Shown: positions 50,001-63,186 of the stretch, in pieces
How the letters are laid out: each line of letters starts with the position of its first letter
How positions within the stretch are numbered: the stretch's first letter is position 1
Assembly (NCBI GenBank): GCA_028534125.1
Contig: CM052817.1
Coordinates: forward strand, 5,954,001-6,018,000
Origin: Lama glama
Taxonomy: Eukaryota
Direction: 5' to 3'
DNA length: 64,000 nt
Position numbers and translations under genes: made by a program
Notes under the pieces: generated by a model
The model's input: the letters and a program-made list of their open reading frames with translations, nothing else
Told to the model about the DNA's origin: nothing
Databases searched by the model: none

Positions 50001-51514
50001 TGTGCCAACAATAAACTTGAAAACCAGACTGGCATTGTCTTTCCTTGGGAGTTTTGGGGCAGGTGCCCAGGGATGGGCTTGTCCGTCGAGGACCTGTGCA
50101 TCTTTTTGCTGGAGAGGGGCTAAGGGGAGAGCCGATGATGAAGGTTTGACTCATTCTGAATGCTGATGTCACTCTTTGTGGGAGCTCCCCCGTCCCAGCT
50201 GCCCTTTTCTCTGGTTGCGTTGGGGTCGTTGGGCAGTTTAAGGCCAGGAAACAACGCAGGGTGCAAAAGAATGAAAATGACTTAATCAGACAGGGAAAGC
50301 CAAGGAGAGGATGAACACGTAAGTTCCTCTGTGTACTTTGAATGTATCCCGTTAAAATATCCTTGATTTTAAAAACTGGAATGATGAACGATTTACCAAG
50401 CCAGCGTTAAAAAATAAAAAATGAAATGCTGAGCACTCTGTCCTGCTTAAAAATAAACGTCTACACAGCTAAGCTATAATGTGGTAAAACCCTTAAACAG
50501 TGTCCCTTAAGTTTAGAATTGAAGTCACCAGGAGAGAGAGAAAACCAAGGTCTCCAGGAGCCTGTAGAAAAGCAGAGAAACAGAACAGGAATGTATTCTT
50601 TGTCTGTACCTGAATCCGGTGTGTGAGGTTCATTCCAGCCCATGATGTGTGTACACAGTAGGCAATACTGGCCCAGCAAATGGTTGTTTAAAAACCATCA
50701 TTGTAATATCATATCGCCTGTTCAAGTAGAATACAAATGTTTGGCTTTTTTGAATTGTATTGATGTAATCTTTAACCGAGGATGCCTTATTTTGGTTGGT
50801 TTTTTTTTTTAAATCTTGGATCTAATGGCCTTGAAAAATAACACTTCTGTATGTATCCAGTTCTATTGTGCTGATAAACGTTCATTGCAGATGCATTCTG
50901 AAAACAGACAAAGGAGAACGTTATTTTATTTATTGGGCCTCCTCCCTGATGTGTCATGCCAAAAACTAATGTAGATTTTTAAAATCCAGTAATAGCAATT
51001 AAAAAAAAAACAAACACATGTATCTCTCTTGGTTTGTTTGTTTTAAAGTAAGAGGATCTGGGCCAGTTTAGGAGTAAGGGGGAAAACAGAAAATGTTGTT
51101 ACTATTGTCACCACAAAGGCTAACATTTCTTTCGTTCATTGACTCATCCATTCAGCCCCTACATGTCGAGTGCCTTCTGTGACCAAGCCCTGTGCTGTTG
51201 ACCGCGATAAACGAGGTCCTCACCAGTGAGGTTTCCTCTGCCTTGACTGTTCTCAAGCTGCTTGGCGTAGACTGCATTTTCTTTGTTCACATACACAAAC
51301 TCAGCCAGCTGCAGTTTCCAGGATCCATCCTTGGAGCAGAAGTGGCTGGAGACCGTTTGATGCAGACATGCTTATCATAGGGTGGGGAGTGGGGAGGCAT
51401 CAGAATAACCTGGGAGGAGTTTGAAACTGCACGCCTGAGCCCACCCCAGGGAAAGGATGGGCTGATCATTCATTCACCTGAGTCCGGGGAAGCCTTTTTT
51501 TTTTTTCATTTTAG

Positions 51515-51971
51515 ACTCCTTTACTTAAAAAGGCTTTGGGGGGCTTATTCCCCTTATTTTCCGGAAGAAAATTTCCTGGAGAAAGCAAGGCTATACAGGC
51601 CCAGGACTCAGCCCTCAGTGTCTGGCTTCTGTTGCAGGGCCCTCTGCCGTGCCTCGCTGCCTCTCGGGGTTCTGAGCTTGGAACCCTGTGCCAGGGCCTG
51701 ATGTTGAGACCGGATGGGACTCGGTGCCTGGGAAGAGGCCCGACAGAGAAGGAAGAGCCCGTGGGACTCACCATGCGTTTGACTCACATCAGCAGCTAGG
51801 TGGCTCCAGGCAGGAAGTCAGAACAGTGCCTGAGTGGCAGCCGATGGCTGTGACTTCAGTGCACGGTGTCACAGCATGGTAGCAGAAAACACAGAACTTA
51901 CACTAGATGCCAGCTGACCAACTCCATAACCGTAGAAAAGCCACAGTTTCTCCAGATCTTACAAGAAGCAG
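51515..51971 (+). other. ZNF518B: Candidate non-coding internal exon of ZNF518B (acceptor uncertain: 51515, 51638 or ~51793)
   Basis: Consensus donor CAG|GTAAGT at 51971/51972. Upstream poly-T acceptor TTTTCATTTTAG. Confidence 0.45.
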
Positions 51972-52479
51972 GTAAGTGAAGGTGTACTTTGAGGAGTGAT
52001 GGAGGTAATGTATGAGTCTACCTCCTTCCACCTGACTTGGGCCAGGGTGCTCCGGGATTGACAACTCAGCCAGCCACTGACAGCATCCTGATCAGGTCAC
52101 TAGTGCAGCGTTCACCACTTTACTGAAACCATTTCTTTCCGGCTCCTTTTACTACTCCGTAAACAAGCAAGACTGAGAAAACCAGCCTTTGGCAGGTGCC
52201 GGGGTCAGCAGTCCTGGTTCACGCTCATTGTACTCACCTGCCGGGCACATTTACGTTTCTAAGACTCTAAAAAGTGGTTACTGTCCTTACACTCTGGAGC
52301 GCATCAGTGATGTTGTTTCCAAGGTCAGATGGCTAATAAACAAGGGTAGGACCCAGAGTCTACCTGCCTGATCTTACCATTGCAGTTCATGGCATGGGCC
52401 TTGCCCTACCTCCAGGTGCCTGTGGCACGGGGGTGTTGATACTACTATCATTCCCTGTGTGCTCCTCTGCACCTCTAGT

Positions 52480-55400
52480 GTCTGGTGGTTGGTCACAACC
52501 TTGGCTGAACACTAGACCCACCTGGGAAGCTTTTAAAACCCCCAAAGCCTCCCCAGCACACAGTGGGGCCCAGACGTGATTATTTGTACAGCCCCCTGGT
52601 GAATCTGGTGTGTGGCAGGGTGATCAAACATCCTAGGGACTTCTTTATGTAAGCTTAACATGCTGGTTATATTGTGATAGGTTGATTACCCTAATGCAGC
52701 CAAGGTTAAGGATCACTGGTATAGTGGGAAATAATTCTCCTTTGTGTAATTATACTTTCTATTAAACTTTCACTCCATTTCTTCTACAAAATTCTGATTT
52801 TAAGGCAAAAAAGAGGGGAGTACAGAAATGTATTTGGCCTCCTCCTTTATCATCTTTGGAGACCCGGAGTCACTGGGAGTGTTTAATGACACAGAGTGGT
52901 GTGATGTTGCTTGTAGCGCTGCTTTGTTTTTACCCTTTTAATGCAAACAAGAGCATATTTGCCTCAACACTTTTTCCACGTGTAGAACCGTAACTTTAAG
53001 ACTTTAAAGGCTCTAGCACTAGTCATATGGTCTTTAGAAATGTTGTCTCTTAAACTGTTTTTTAAAAAACTATATAACGTCCTTTGTTTTCCAGTGTAGC
53101 CTCAATTCATGTGCTCAGCAGTGTGCTCCGCAGTGCCCAGCCATCCCAGGATCTCTCCTTTGTAGCCTGAAGGGTGGGGCGGGATGACCCCCTTCCCCAG
53201 CCATGGAACTCAGCCTGAGGCCTTGTTCTCACTCAGCTCGTTTGTGAAGCTGAGATTACTGGGCTCTTGTACATTTGAAGGAATCTTAAACAGAAATACG
53301 TTGACTTATTTCCTGACAAAACATGCAGTTTGCCAAGCATAAGGTTACTTGCTATTTGCATGTACCATTTCCCCACATCAGCCATGTAAATCAGGCATTA
53401 TTCCCATTTTACAAGTGAGGAAACTCAGACTCAGAGAGGGGCTGGCAAGCCCAGAATGACACAGGTGTTAAGTCAGAAACCTAGGTTTTGAACCTCGTTC
53501 CTGATACCCCAAGGTGATTATGCTTTCCGCTCCGCTGCACTTGTCACCTGGAAAGCAGAGGAGTCAGAACGGGGGCTGTCTTGTCCAGCCTTCTTACCCC
53601 AGTCTGTGCCCCAAATAATACACTTAGTTTCAGAAGGAAAGCTAGAATCCCAAAGATGTCCAAATGTTCATCAGCAACATTTGGAAGTGTTTTTAGCCAT
53701 TAAGATGGCTGTCAATTTTCAATTCAGTCATGGCTGACTGCAAGGTAGATTCACAAGAAGAAAATAATACTTCATTGATGTTTTTCATTGTTTACATCTA
53801 TTTACCACTCAGTGGCAATTCTGATTCTTCACAATTGTCTGAAAAAGTTCTTGGCTGAGCCAGGCAGCAGTTTGTTCTTAAATACTAGCTTACTGGGGAA
53901 GTATTGGCAGTTTCCATTCCTAACGTTGGATTTTTTTTTTTTTCCCTCTGATCAGGTATTACTCGGTTACAAGCTACTGGTCACCTGGGAGTTGAGTGTT
54001 TTAACTTTTTGGTTATTGGGAGATGTTAGACTAGCCTTTGCTATGGCTAAATAGACCAGAGGAGCAGATTCAGTTTGGGAGCACATGTGCCACTGGGCTG
54101 AGTGCTCTGCATACGTTATTCTAGTTTGCTTCTCCTAATTACCCTTTAAGTTAATGGTATTAAAGCCTCTTTCCTTGCCTGGCAGTAAGTGGGGGGAACT
54201 CCTTTGTGTAAGGACGCAGCAAACAAGGGACAGAGTCAGAGTTCGAGCTGCGCAGCTGCCCGCTCCGTTCCCTGGGCTCCTCAGGGAGAGCAGCCGTTCC
54301 TGCCCCAGCTGTGGAGGTGGTAGAAGCCGCCGTGAAAGGGTTTCTGGAAGAGCTTCCTACGTTTGCGTCTCCATCCAAAAGAAGACGCTGTCGGGCAGCG
54401 AGAACTTAACTTGAGTTCAGTGGGCCTCTCGTGAACAGAAATGTATGTGGTGGGCCACGTGGCACTCATGTGACTTAATTGCCAAGCCCCTTTCTGTTGT
54501 GTTTTTTTTTTCACTTTTCACATTAACATCTGGCATGGGAACACATTTGTTTGCTACAGGGATAATTCACAGTTCAGCTGGGCTTGGAGAATAAAAGGTA
54601 GGTCAGTAACTAGAATGTATGTAAACCTTTGTCACGAGCGCTCTTGTAGTTGAAGCGTCTTTTCCATGGGGATTAGAAGCCCCTTGGCCCCTCTGCCTCT
54701 AAGGTAAGGTGGCTGGTTTTGCTCCAGAGGTGAATTGTGTTTAGACTGTACAGCTAGGCAACTAGGATTACAATTATGAAATGAGGTTCAGTGTATATTC
54801 CAGAAAGAGCCGATGCCAGGCAGCAAAGAAGCCTATATGTTAGCCCCTTTGACTACTTACGGAATAGGCATCATTTCTTCTATTTTCTTCATGGAAAAAA
54901 AAACGGTATTTTTAACAGTTTGTGATATGTGTGTAACCTACCTACGCACTTCAGTCACCTTGTCACACTTAGTCCCCGTGACAGCCCTGTGAGGCGGGTG
55001 CCCCTACCGTCTGTTTTGGAGATGAGGATTCACGCGGTTTGCTCCTTGCCAGACACCTGAAAGGGATGGGACTGGGCTTTGAAACCCTGTAATCTGATTC
55101 CAGAGTCTAGCCGTAAACACTGTTTGCAGCTTGTTTCTGTTCTAATTCTGTTGAGCATTTGACATTGCCAGTATTTAGAAGTCAGATGCTTCCTTTTAAT
55201 AAGACCCTCACACAGCCTTCGTGGCTTTTATAGCCTCGATGTCAGTAAACTGATTGCTGTCAAACTCAACATGTTTCTCCGTTAGTCCCCATGATAAATT
55301 TTTGAGAGACCAGGTCAAGTGAGCTCAAGGTCAGAAGGAAACCCCACCAGCAGCAGACGCTGCCCTCAGGCTTTTCCCCCGGGAAAAGATGAGACTCCGT

Positions 55401-58400
55401 CTAGAGGAAGCATGTTTGTCACACACCTGGCCCCTCCTCTCTGGTGTGGGGAAGTCGTCTTTGTCTGATGCTGTGGATAATTCTGCATTAAAAAGCTCAC
55501 TGTTCCTATTTAAAAACAACATTAAGTAGCTATTTTATTTATTATATCCAAAGTTAATAATGCTAGGTATTTTCTGTGTTTTTGAGAACCTTCCTACGTT
55601 ATCCAAAAAAATGTGTTTCTAGTCCAAGGAGGTCAAAGGCACCGGTTTGTGACCAGTATTGTGAGTTTAGAAGGTAGGCAGACATTTCATTGATAGGGAT
55701 TTTAATAGTGATTGATCTGTGCCCTCTCAGCGTTTGGTGCGCACAGGGCCTTCATCTACAGTGTTTTATATAATCCTTGGTCATCGGCCTACTGGGCAAT
55801 AATCTGCCAAGAGGATCCAGCTTCACAGGTGGTTGTACCTGAATATGAACGAGGTGGAAAAGTCGCAAGGAGGGCACAGGGGCTTGGGCACCCGTGACTC
55901 AGGTGCGCTCGGAACAGTCTCAGGAGTGTCCAGGTGTAAATGCTAGTGGCAGAGCCGTCTGCGCTTTCCCCTGCCACGGCATCCGTTTAGCTCTGTCTCA
56001 GGGCGCGCCATCCGAGGGCATTTCCCTCCGTGACTGGCTACACGAGTCGCAGTGGCCAGAGAACTTTGCTTGGTTTAAAGAAGCCTGCCATCTTTGTCGC
56101 CTGGACAGAGGGGAGGTACCAATGTAGAAGCGTTAGAAATGTTGCAGCATTGTGCAAATGGTTTAGAAGCCAAGACGGTGCTTTCAAACAGGTGACCTCC
56201 CTGGGTCATGGCCTAGGTGTCTTTCCTCCCCATCAAGCTGTATTTGTGAATCACAGCCTCGGTCCTCATACTGGCACTTGCTCCTGTGGATTCTTAATCC
56301 AGAATACCCACTGAGATGGTTTTGCAGAAGTGCCTGCAGGAGTGCTCTGCTTTCCTTAGTCACCAGAGCAGGCTTGGTTCATTGTCTGGACTTCTCCTCC
56401 AGCAGAATGCTTTCCACTTCTTGCTAAGGTATATGATCTTATCATCCAGTCTGTCAGATTGCAGGGCGTCAGTTCTAGGAGGAATGGCACCTCCAAGTTT
56501 TAAAAGGACTTGGAGAGAAAATGGCAAAACTGCCTCCTGTGATTTTTCAGGAATCTTGGAAGCTGGGAAAGGTGCTAGAAAACTTAAAGTGCACAAATGG
56601 AATCTTGGTTTGGATGATTCTTTAGTTATCTCGTCAAATGATTTGAGAATTTCTTACGATTAATATATAAGGTGTTACGGTGAAAGAGTTGGTGAGCAGG
56701 TTATACCAGGCAAGTGAGTTATTTTCTTCCCTCCCCCTCTTTTTCCCCTTCCTCCCTGTTGTCCTCTTTCTTTTCCTCCTCCGCTTTCTTTCTCTCTCTC
56801 TCTCATAGGAGTATGAGGCTGGTAGGTGAGAGGTGTGCGTGTGGACTGATAACGCACATCTTCTGAACAGAACTGAGACTGGATGAGAGAAGAGAGGAGC
56901 AGGTTCATGGCTGGTCTGTCAGGGCTTAAGGTTGGTAGCTCCAAGGTCAAGGTATAAGAAAGTAACAAGGAGGTTGGTTTCAGTTTTATGTAGCGGTAAA
57001 TTGTGGACGAGAGCTATGTGAAAATAAAGTGAGGTTTAGGGGTTTTGTTCATGGCAATGTTAGAGCATCAGCTGGTGGAGGTGTTTTAAAGAATTGAAGT
57101 GTTGCTAGAAGTTGCAGCCAGTGATCTCTAACACTGGCTTTTCAGCAGAATGACGTGGAGTGCTTTCACAAACCGCCGGTGTCTCTTCCCCTTCCCTCTC
57201 CCTGCTGAGACTTAGATTCACGAACTTTGGGATGAAGCCTAGGAATGTCTCTCAGCTGTGATTCCGAGGCTCCTCCGGATTCAGGAACCACTGGACCAGA
57301 CCTCCTTAAATCCCCTTTCAGCCTCTGTGTTCCTCTGGCTAGAGGTTTTCTAGGCTCGGGTTGCAGCCATCACTTCCTCTGTTTTAACTGGATGGAAGTG
57401 CCAGCATGCACACGTTAGCGGTAGTGGCTTTCTTACATGATGAAAAGTCTGCAGTCATCTAGGTGAGCATAGATGAGTGAGTGGATACAAATGGGCAGCT
57501 TGCTTGAGGTCACTTGATGAGTAGCAGGAGCTCAGGGTGTCACATCTGTCCCCCTTCACCAAAGCCAGTTTACAGATCCGGAAAATAAAGTGCCTGTGAC
57601 GCGTCTGAAAGCCTTTCTGCTGTATGTCCCAGGAGTGCAGTGGGAAGTGGACGTCTTGTCTCTGCCCGTGCCTGTCAGTGAGCAGGGCGGCAGCCGTGGG
57701 TCCTGTCCTGTCCACAGCCCCCTCACGCAGGTGTGTGTTTGAACACTGAGGGGACGGATAGCACCTCGCAAGCCCCCGGGCCCCTACCCGCTGTGTATGT
57801 GCACACTCAGGCCGGGGTGGCTCTGCCTGAGCCCCTGGATGCCTGACTGTGCTGGGAGTCACTTTTGAAAGGAGGCAACTGTCTTGCAAAAGCGAAATAG
57901 GGAAAGATGCTGTTGCAAAAGAAAATAAAGCTTGTTATCAAATGTGATATGTTCTTATGGTGCTTTCCAAACATGCTTTTAAAGGCAGGTTTTATGCTAG
58001 ATCTGAACGTGCTGTCGTTTCTACAGTGAGACCTTGTGCTCCCCCAGATCGGCCTTTCAGGCTTACTTTGTGTGGCTCTTGGCCTGTTAGCAGGTCGCAG
58101 AAGGGGGCTGCCCGCTCCCGTGCGAGGAGCTGCCCGTGAGTCTGTGCCTCTCGACACCGAGGGAAGCACTGTAAACTTTCACAGGTGTTGCTTTGCGCTC
58201 CAGCGCTCGGTCATCGTGGCTGCACTGCGGAAGAAGCTGGCTCCGTGTCCTCAACTCTGACTGCCAGATGGAAAAACAGGCTCAAAAGATTCAAAAGGGT
58301 TTTTTTCCTAAGGTCATAAAAGAAAGGCTCTTAGCAGATCCCAAGCTAGAGTGGTTTTTGTTTAGCTCCTAGCTCTGTGTATTCTGAAAAAGGAATGTGT

Positions 58401-59410
58401 ATTTAAAGACAATTAACTATATCTGCATAAAAATTAGCCACTGTATTAGACATACTGTTGTACTTGCTGTAGAAAACAGGCCACCTTCCTGTCCCACCTG
58501 GGTCCCCTCCTCCGTCGTTTCGCACTCACACACTCCTGTCCTTGTGGCTGCTGGAGGCGCTGGTTGGAACAGAAGTCAGATCATGTCATGTTGCTGCTCC
58601 AGGCTCTCCCCGGTTCTTTTCGTCATGTAGAGGAAAAGCCACATCCTTGTGATGCTGTGATACAGAGCCTTCCTTGACCAGTCTCCCCATCCCTCCGACC
58701 ACGTCCCCCTTCTCCTCTCCCCCTCGTCCCCGCTCACTGCCCACCAGCCTCAGCCTCTGCTGTTGCTCAGATGCTCCAGGCCCACTCCCCACACCTCTTT
58801 GCCTTCTCTCTGCTTGAAACCCCCTCCTCCCTGGCAGCCACAGCACCCACTCCCCGGCTGCCCCGAGGTCCCTGCTTCAACGTCAGCTTGTCATGGGGCC
58901 TTTCCTGACTGTCCACACCTCCACACCCTCCAGTCCTGCAACCTCATCACAAAATTCCCTTTGCGTTATTTTACGGTTTATTTTCCCCAATTGCTTGCCA
59001 GCCTCTGACAAATAGGTATATAACTTGTCTCCCTGCTCTGTACCCTCAAGAGGAGAGGGACTGATCTGCTTTTGGTCACTGCCCTATAGCGTTTAGAGCA
59101 GTGCTGGCACGTGTCATGCTCAGGAAGATGTTGAAGGAGTAAGTGTTTGTCTCCATATTGTTGTCAGTATATTGCTGGCCTCTTACCACTTGTGAAGGCA
59201 AATGGGGCGTGTGCGAGAGAGAGGGAGAAAGAGAGAGAGAGGAGATAATCAGCTATAACTTAGGAACAAGTGGGCCCCTGAGTGTAACTGGCTCTGCCAC
59301 TGGATAACTTGTGTTTTCAGAAACTAAAGTGACAGCCTCCTCCCTGTACAAAGTTTTAGTGAGACTACTATGAAATTGCACCGTGCAATCTCTAGCGTGC
59401 TCAAAGTGAC
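52480..59410. mobile_element. Scattered ancient intronic relics: MER5-like (~52480-52720, ~57115-57300), MIR (~53370-53520, ~54930-55110, ~59270-59410), L2 (~56800-57050, ~58700-59140)
   Basis: MIR core CCCATTTTACAAGTGAGGAAACTCAGACTCAGAGAGG; MER5-like AAGGATCACTG/GGAACCACTG ends; L2 tail TAGAGCAGTGCTGGCACGT. Confidence 0.6.
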
Positions 59411-59875
59411 ACTTAAAAATAACTGTCACTCATCAGAGGCTGCTCAGAATGACTGCTGTGGTTACCTTGCTGCTGGTATACCTGTGCTTATGGTTGATCT
59501 GAAGGGATGAATTCTGGGAGGCTGAGTGTGAAAATGTTTTCAGTTTAGGCTTGTTATTTGCCAGTTCTGTTGTAGTATGTATTGTTGTCAGCATGTGTCT
59601 CAAGATAATAGGTCAAGATTTAGCATAAAATTCCCAAGGCCATTGGAATTTAGTGTAAGTTTGGGACTAGGTTAGTTGAGCCTTAAGTTCATGTATTAAT
59701 CATGCTTTATGATTTCTTTTTTTTTTTTCCCCTTTAGTGTTGCCTGGAATATAAGAGAATTGGAAACAGTCATATTTGGGGATCATTTCCTACTGTGGTG
59801 GCTTCTGAAAAAAGATACTTGAGTACACTCCCAGGAAGTCGCTGCTTCTCCGCCAACCGCACGGTACACTGAAGG

Positions 59876-59935
59876 ATGCTTGCCGAAGGATTTTATCACA
59901 TGAAGTCGTTCTGGATTTCGGTGGACTCTTTCTAG
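59876..59935 (+). other. 19-codon uORF (MLAEGFYHMKSFWISVDSF*) in the ZNF518B last exon (acceptor at 59737/59738)
   Basis: Read directly. Its stop lies 2 nt before the main ATG at 59938. Confidence 0.7.
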
Positions 59936-59937
59936 AA

Positions 59938-62900
59938 ATGCAGATAAAGAAGATGAAGGATATAGGACAGCAGTTGTATACCACACAAGTGAATGACGGA
60001 CGTAATTCCTTGACCATGTCACCCAAACAGCCTAATGCTAGTCGAGCGACTCGGCCAGACAGACAAGAAGCTCAGGCTCTTTTGTTTCAGGGCTCGGAGG
60101 CCGAGGCTGCCGTGATGACCATTGCTACGTGTGTCAAGTGTCAGAGTGTGCACAAGGTCCCTCTTCAGGATCTGAAGAAGGGTGCTGGGCAGAGCCAGAA
60201 GGACGACAAGTACGTTTGCTTCAAGTGCAGCCTCGGTGCGGCTCCCCAGCATTTTCCTTTTGTGAACAGTAGCCCCGGTGCTGCTCAGATAGGAAATAAC
60301 CCCGAGACCATGTCAAGTGCTGTCGGTAACAAATTTAAGGTAAGGAACTTTAAGCCAGGTAAATACTATTGTGATAAATGTCGGTTTTCCACAAAGGACC
60401 CACTGCAGTACAAAAAGCACACACTTCAGCATGAAGAGATTAAATTCATTTGCTCTCACTGCAGCTACATTTCCTACACGAAAGGGGAGTTTCAGAGGCA
60501 CTTGGTGAGACATACAGGCATATTCCCTTACCAGTGTGAGTACTGTGACTACGGCGCTATTAGAAATGACTACATTGTCAAACACAGGAAGAGGGTGCAC
60601 GAGAAGGCCGGTGGGAAACGGCCGCCCAGAACCGGGGCCAAGCTGGAGCCAAAGAGAACCAGCGCTTCAAAGCCAAACCCGGAGCTTCTAAAAGCTTCCA
60701 GTCCAAGGACTGCGTTTCCAAATAAGTTGTCGGATCAGTTGTCAAGGTTCTCCCTCCACACAAATAAAGACCGAACGCACAGCATTATGTTGTTCCCTGA
60801 ATCAAAGGAACACCAGAAGGATGTCGTGTGCGTTCCGAATAAAGCGAGCCTGTCGGAGCCAAGCGGAGCCAGCCCGTTTGAGAACAGAAGCGTGGAGGTG
60901 GAAGTGCTGTGCCCCGCGAGGGAGCCCGTCCAGCCGGGCATGCCGCTGACCGTCGTGGCGCCAGCAGAGCTGGTGGTCCCTGCGAACTGTTTAGCCCAGT
61001 TGATGGACGTGAAGGTTGTCAATGGAACACAGCAGCTTGTTCTGAAACTGTTTCCTCTGGAAGAAAATAATTGCCTTGAAGCTGGAGGGGCTGATGGAGG
61101 CAATTCTAAACGTGTGACTAAAGAGAAAAGTCCAAGTGAGCAAGAAAAAGTGGCTTCTGCTGAACAGACAAAGTCACTGACGATTGACAGGAATGTTGGA
61201 AAACTGGCAGGCATTGATAACCTTCAGTCATCAGTTCAGAAACAACTTAAAAACGTGAAATGGGTAAGGTCTTACGATTTTCTCATGTCAAATTCTAGTG
61301 TGCACAGTGGTGGGGAATCCTTTCTCAACTCTGATATAGTTGAGAATTTGCAGAGAAAATGTTACATGTATCCGCATAGAACTGCTCTTCCCTCCGTTGC
61401 CTTAAAAGGTCATTCTCCATCATCTCTCATAAAGAGCAGTGTTCTAAGTGGTCTTGGGACCGCATCCACCTCTTTTCCGTACAAAGCTGCCGTTTCTTTT
61501 ACTGAGGGTAGAAGACATTTACACAGTGACTCACGCCAGTTATTTCCTGTTGCTGCTTCGCCTGCGACCATTTCCTTCTCTGGAGAAAAGGGCCCCCTGC
61601 CCGTAAGTAGAACTGAGCTGGAACCTAGACGTGAGGTCAGCATCCCTGTGAAGATGGTCCCCTCCAGCCGGAAGCTGAAAGCCCACCAGACACAGGAGCA
61701 CAGGGCGGTCCTAGCTGCGGGCCAGGCTTCCTCCCAGCGCACCAGTGAGTGTTTGCACATAAACATAACGGGAGAAGACGGAATCGGGCCTCAGCAGCCC
61801 GGGGGCGAACCGCGGGAACTACAGAGTTCCGAAAGGACTAAGGACGCCTTCGACGGCCCAGTCATCTCCTCAGTGTTTTCTCTGAGCTCGGGGTCTGAGA
61901 ACGTCCCTGAGGGCGTTAAGTGGAATAGTTCAACGTCTAAAATAAAGTCAATTGAACTCTTGCGCAGAAAGATAGCTCAGCTGATTGAGTCCTGTGGCAG
62001 GCCTTCGTCTTTGGCCGCAAACAGCGCACATCTTCATTCTGTGGGGAAGGCATCCAAGGCCACTTCGAAAGCCACCCCTGAAGGTATTCAAGAAATTAAC
62101 ATGTCATTCACTGGCGCTGGCTATTCCACGGGCACCCTCCAGAAACCTCAGGATGACGGTAGGGTTAATGGACAGCTTACTCGTCAGCAGGTGTATCCAC
62201 AGTTTGTGGAAGGTGGCAGTGGGAAAGCCGACAGCAGAGTAACCAGGAAGCCACACGTGGCTACTCCAGTACTGATCCCCAAAGGGGCTGTGTTGAGGGT
62301 TCTTAATTCCTCCGAGGAGTCCCACATTATAGAGGCCACATGTGAAGCACCTGTCAGCATCCCTTGCAATGAGACACAGGTAATCAAACCTGCTCCGTTC
62401 TGTCCGGTGAAGCAGACAGACTCAGACGTGCAGTCTTTGGCGAATGAAAGCGGCCCAGTAGACCTGTCCCAAACTCCTGACGTGTCTCTTCGGCCTAAAT
62501 CAAGAAAAGAGGCTGCTCATTGTAGCGCCCTGTCTAAAAGACCCGGACCCCTGCATGGACAGCAAGGAAGCGGTGAAGTGAGTAAGCAAGGGAAACTGTT
62601 GTCCAGGAGTCTTCCTATAAGCAAAAGTAAAGCCAAACAAGTCAATTCATCCAAGAGGAAAAGCAGACTTCAGGCTGATGCCAGCCGCTGCCTCAAGGAT
62701 CCTTCCATCTTTCAGGTTGCCAGACAGCTTCGACTGATCGCAGCTAAACCAGACCAGCTGATTAAATGCCCACGGCGCAACCAGCCCGTCATTGTGTTAA
62801 ACCACCCTGACGTTGACTCACCGGAAGTGTCCAACGTGATGAAGGTCATCAACAAGTACAAGGGCAACGTCCTGAAGGTGGTCCTGTCGGAGCGGACCCG

Positions 62901-63186
62901 GTGCCAGCTGGGCATCAGGCGGCATCATGTCCGGCTCACCTACCAGAACGCGGAGGAGGCCAGTCAGGTCAGAAGGCAAATGATGCTGAAAATGAAGCTT
63001 AAAAAAGTGCATAAAAACAACTACCAGGTGGTGGATTCCTTGCCTGATGACTCATCGCAGTGTATATTTAAGTGCTGGTTCTGTGGGCGGCTCTATGAAG
63101 ACCAGGAAGAGTGGATGAGTCACGGCCAGCGGCACCTGATAGAAGCCACGAGAGACTGGGACCTCCTTTCCTCCAAGGGCGACTGA
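59938..63186 (+). CDS. ZNF518B: Zinc finger protein 518B, 1082 aa, single coding exon
   Basis: N-terminus MKDIGQQLYTT...SLTMSPKQP; C2H2 fingers YYCDKC..HTLQH, FICSHC..HLVRH, YQCEYC..HRKRVH; CPRRNQPVIVLNHPD; terminal finger FKCWFCGRLYEDQEEWMSHGQRH. The second ATG at 59953 matches the N-terminus I recall for the human protein. Confidence 0.97.
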   Translation: MQIKKMKDIGQQLYTTQVNDGRNSLTMSPKQPNASRATRPDRQEAQALLFQGSEAEAAVMTIATCVKCQSVHKVPLQDLKKGAGQSQKDDKYVCFKCSLGAAPQHFPFVNSSPGAAQIGNNPETMSSAVGNKFKVRNFKPGKYYCDKCRFSTKDPLQYKKHTLQHEEIKFICSHCSYISYTKGEFQRHLVRHTGIFPYQCEYCDYGAIRNDYIVKHRKRVHEKAGGKRPPRTGAKLEPKRTSASKPNPELLKASSPRTAFPNKLSDQLSRFSLHTNKDRTHSIMLFPESKEHQKDVVCVPNKASLSEPSGASPFENRSVEVEVLCPAREPVQPGMPLTVVAPAELVVPANCLAQLMDVKVVNGTQQLVLKLFPLEENNCLEAGGADGGNSKRVTKEKSPSEQEKVASAEQTKSLTIDRNVGKLAGIDNLQSSVQKQLKNVKWVRSYDFLMSNSSVHSGGESFLNSDIVENLQRKCYMYPHRTALPSVALKGHSPSSLIKSSVLSGLGTASTSFPYKAAVSFTEGRRHLHSDSRQLFPVAASPATISFSGEKGPLPVSRTELEPRREVSIPVKMVPSSRKLKAHQTQEHRAVLAAGQASSQRTSECLHINITGEDGIGPQQPGGEPRELQSSERTKDAFDGPVISSVFSLSSGSENVPEGVKWNSSTSKIKSIELLRRKIAQLIESCGRPSSLAANSAHLHSVGKASKATSKATPEGIQEINMSFTGAGYSTGTLQKPQDDGRVNGQLTRQQVYPQFVEGGSGKADSRVTRKPHVATPVLIPKGAVLRVLNSSEESHIIEATCEAPVSIPCNETQVIKPAPFCPVKQTDSDVQSLANESGPVDLSQTPDVSLRPKSRKEAAHCSALSKRPGPLHGQQGSGEVSKQGKLLSRSLPISKSKAKQVNSSKRKSRLQADASRCLKDPSIFQVARQLRLIAAKPDQLIKCPRRNQPVIVLNHPDVDSPEVSNVMKVINKYKGNVLKVVLSERTRCQLGIRRHHVRLTYQNAEEASQVRRQMMLKMKLKKVHKNNYQVVDSLPDDSSQCIFKCWFCGRLYEDQEEWMSHGQRHLIEATRDWDLLSSKGD

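Noticed and set aside
45015..50101. Arg/Gly/Pro/Ala-rich ORFs up to 341 aa
   Set aside because: Stop-codon depletion in GC-rich CpG islands; they overlap on both strands and show no domains.
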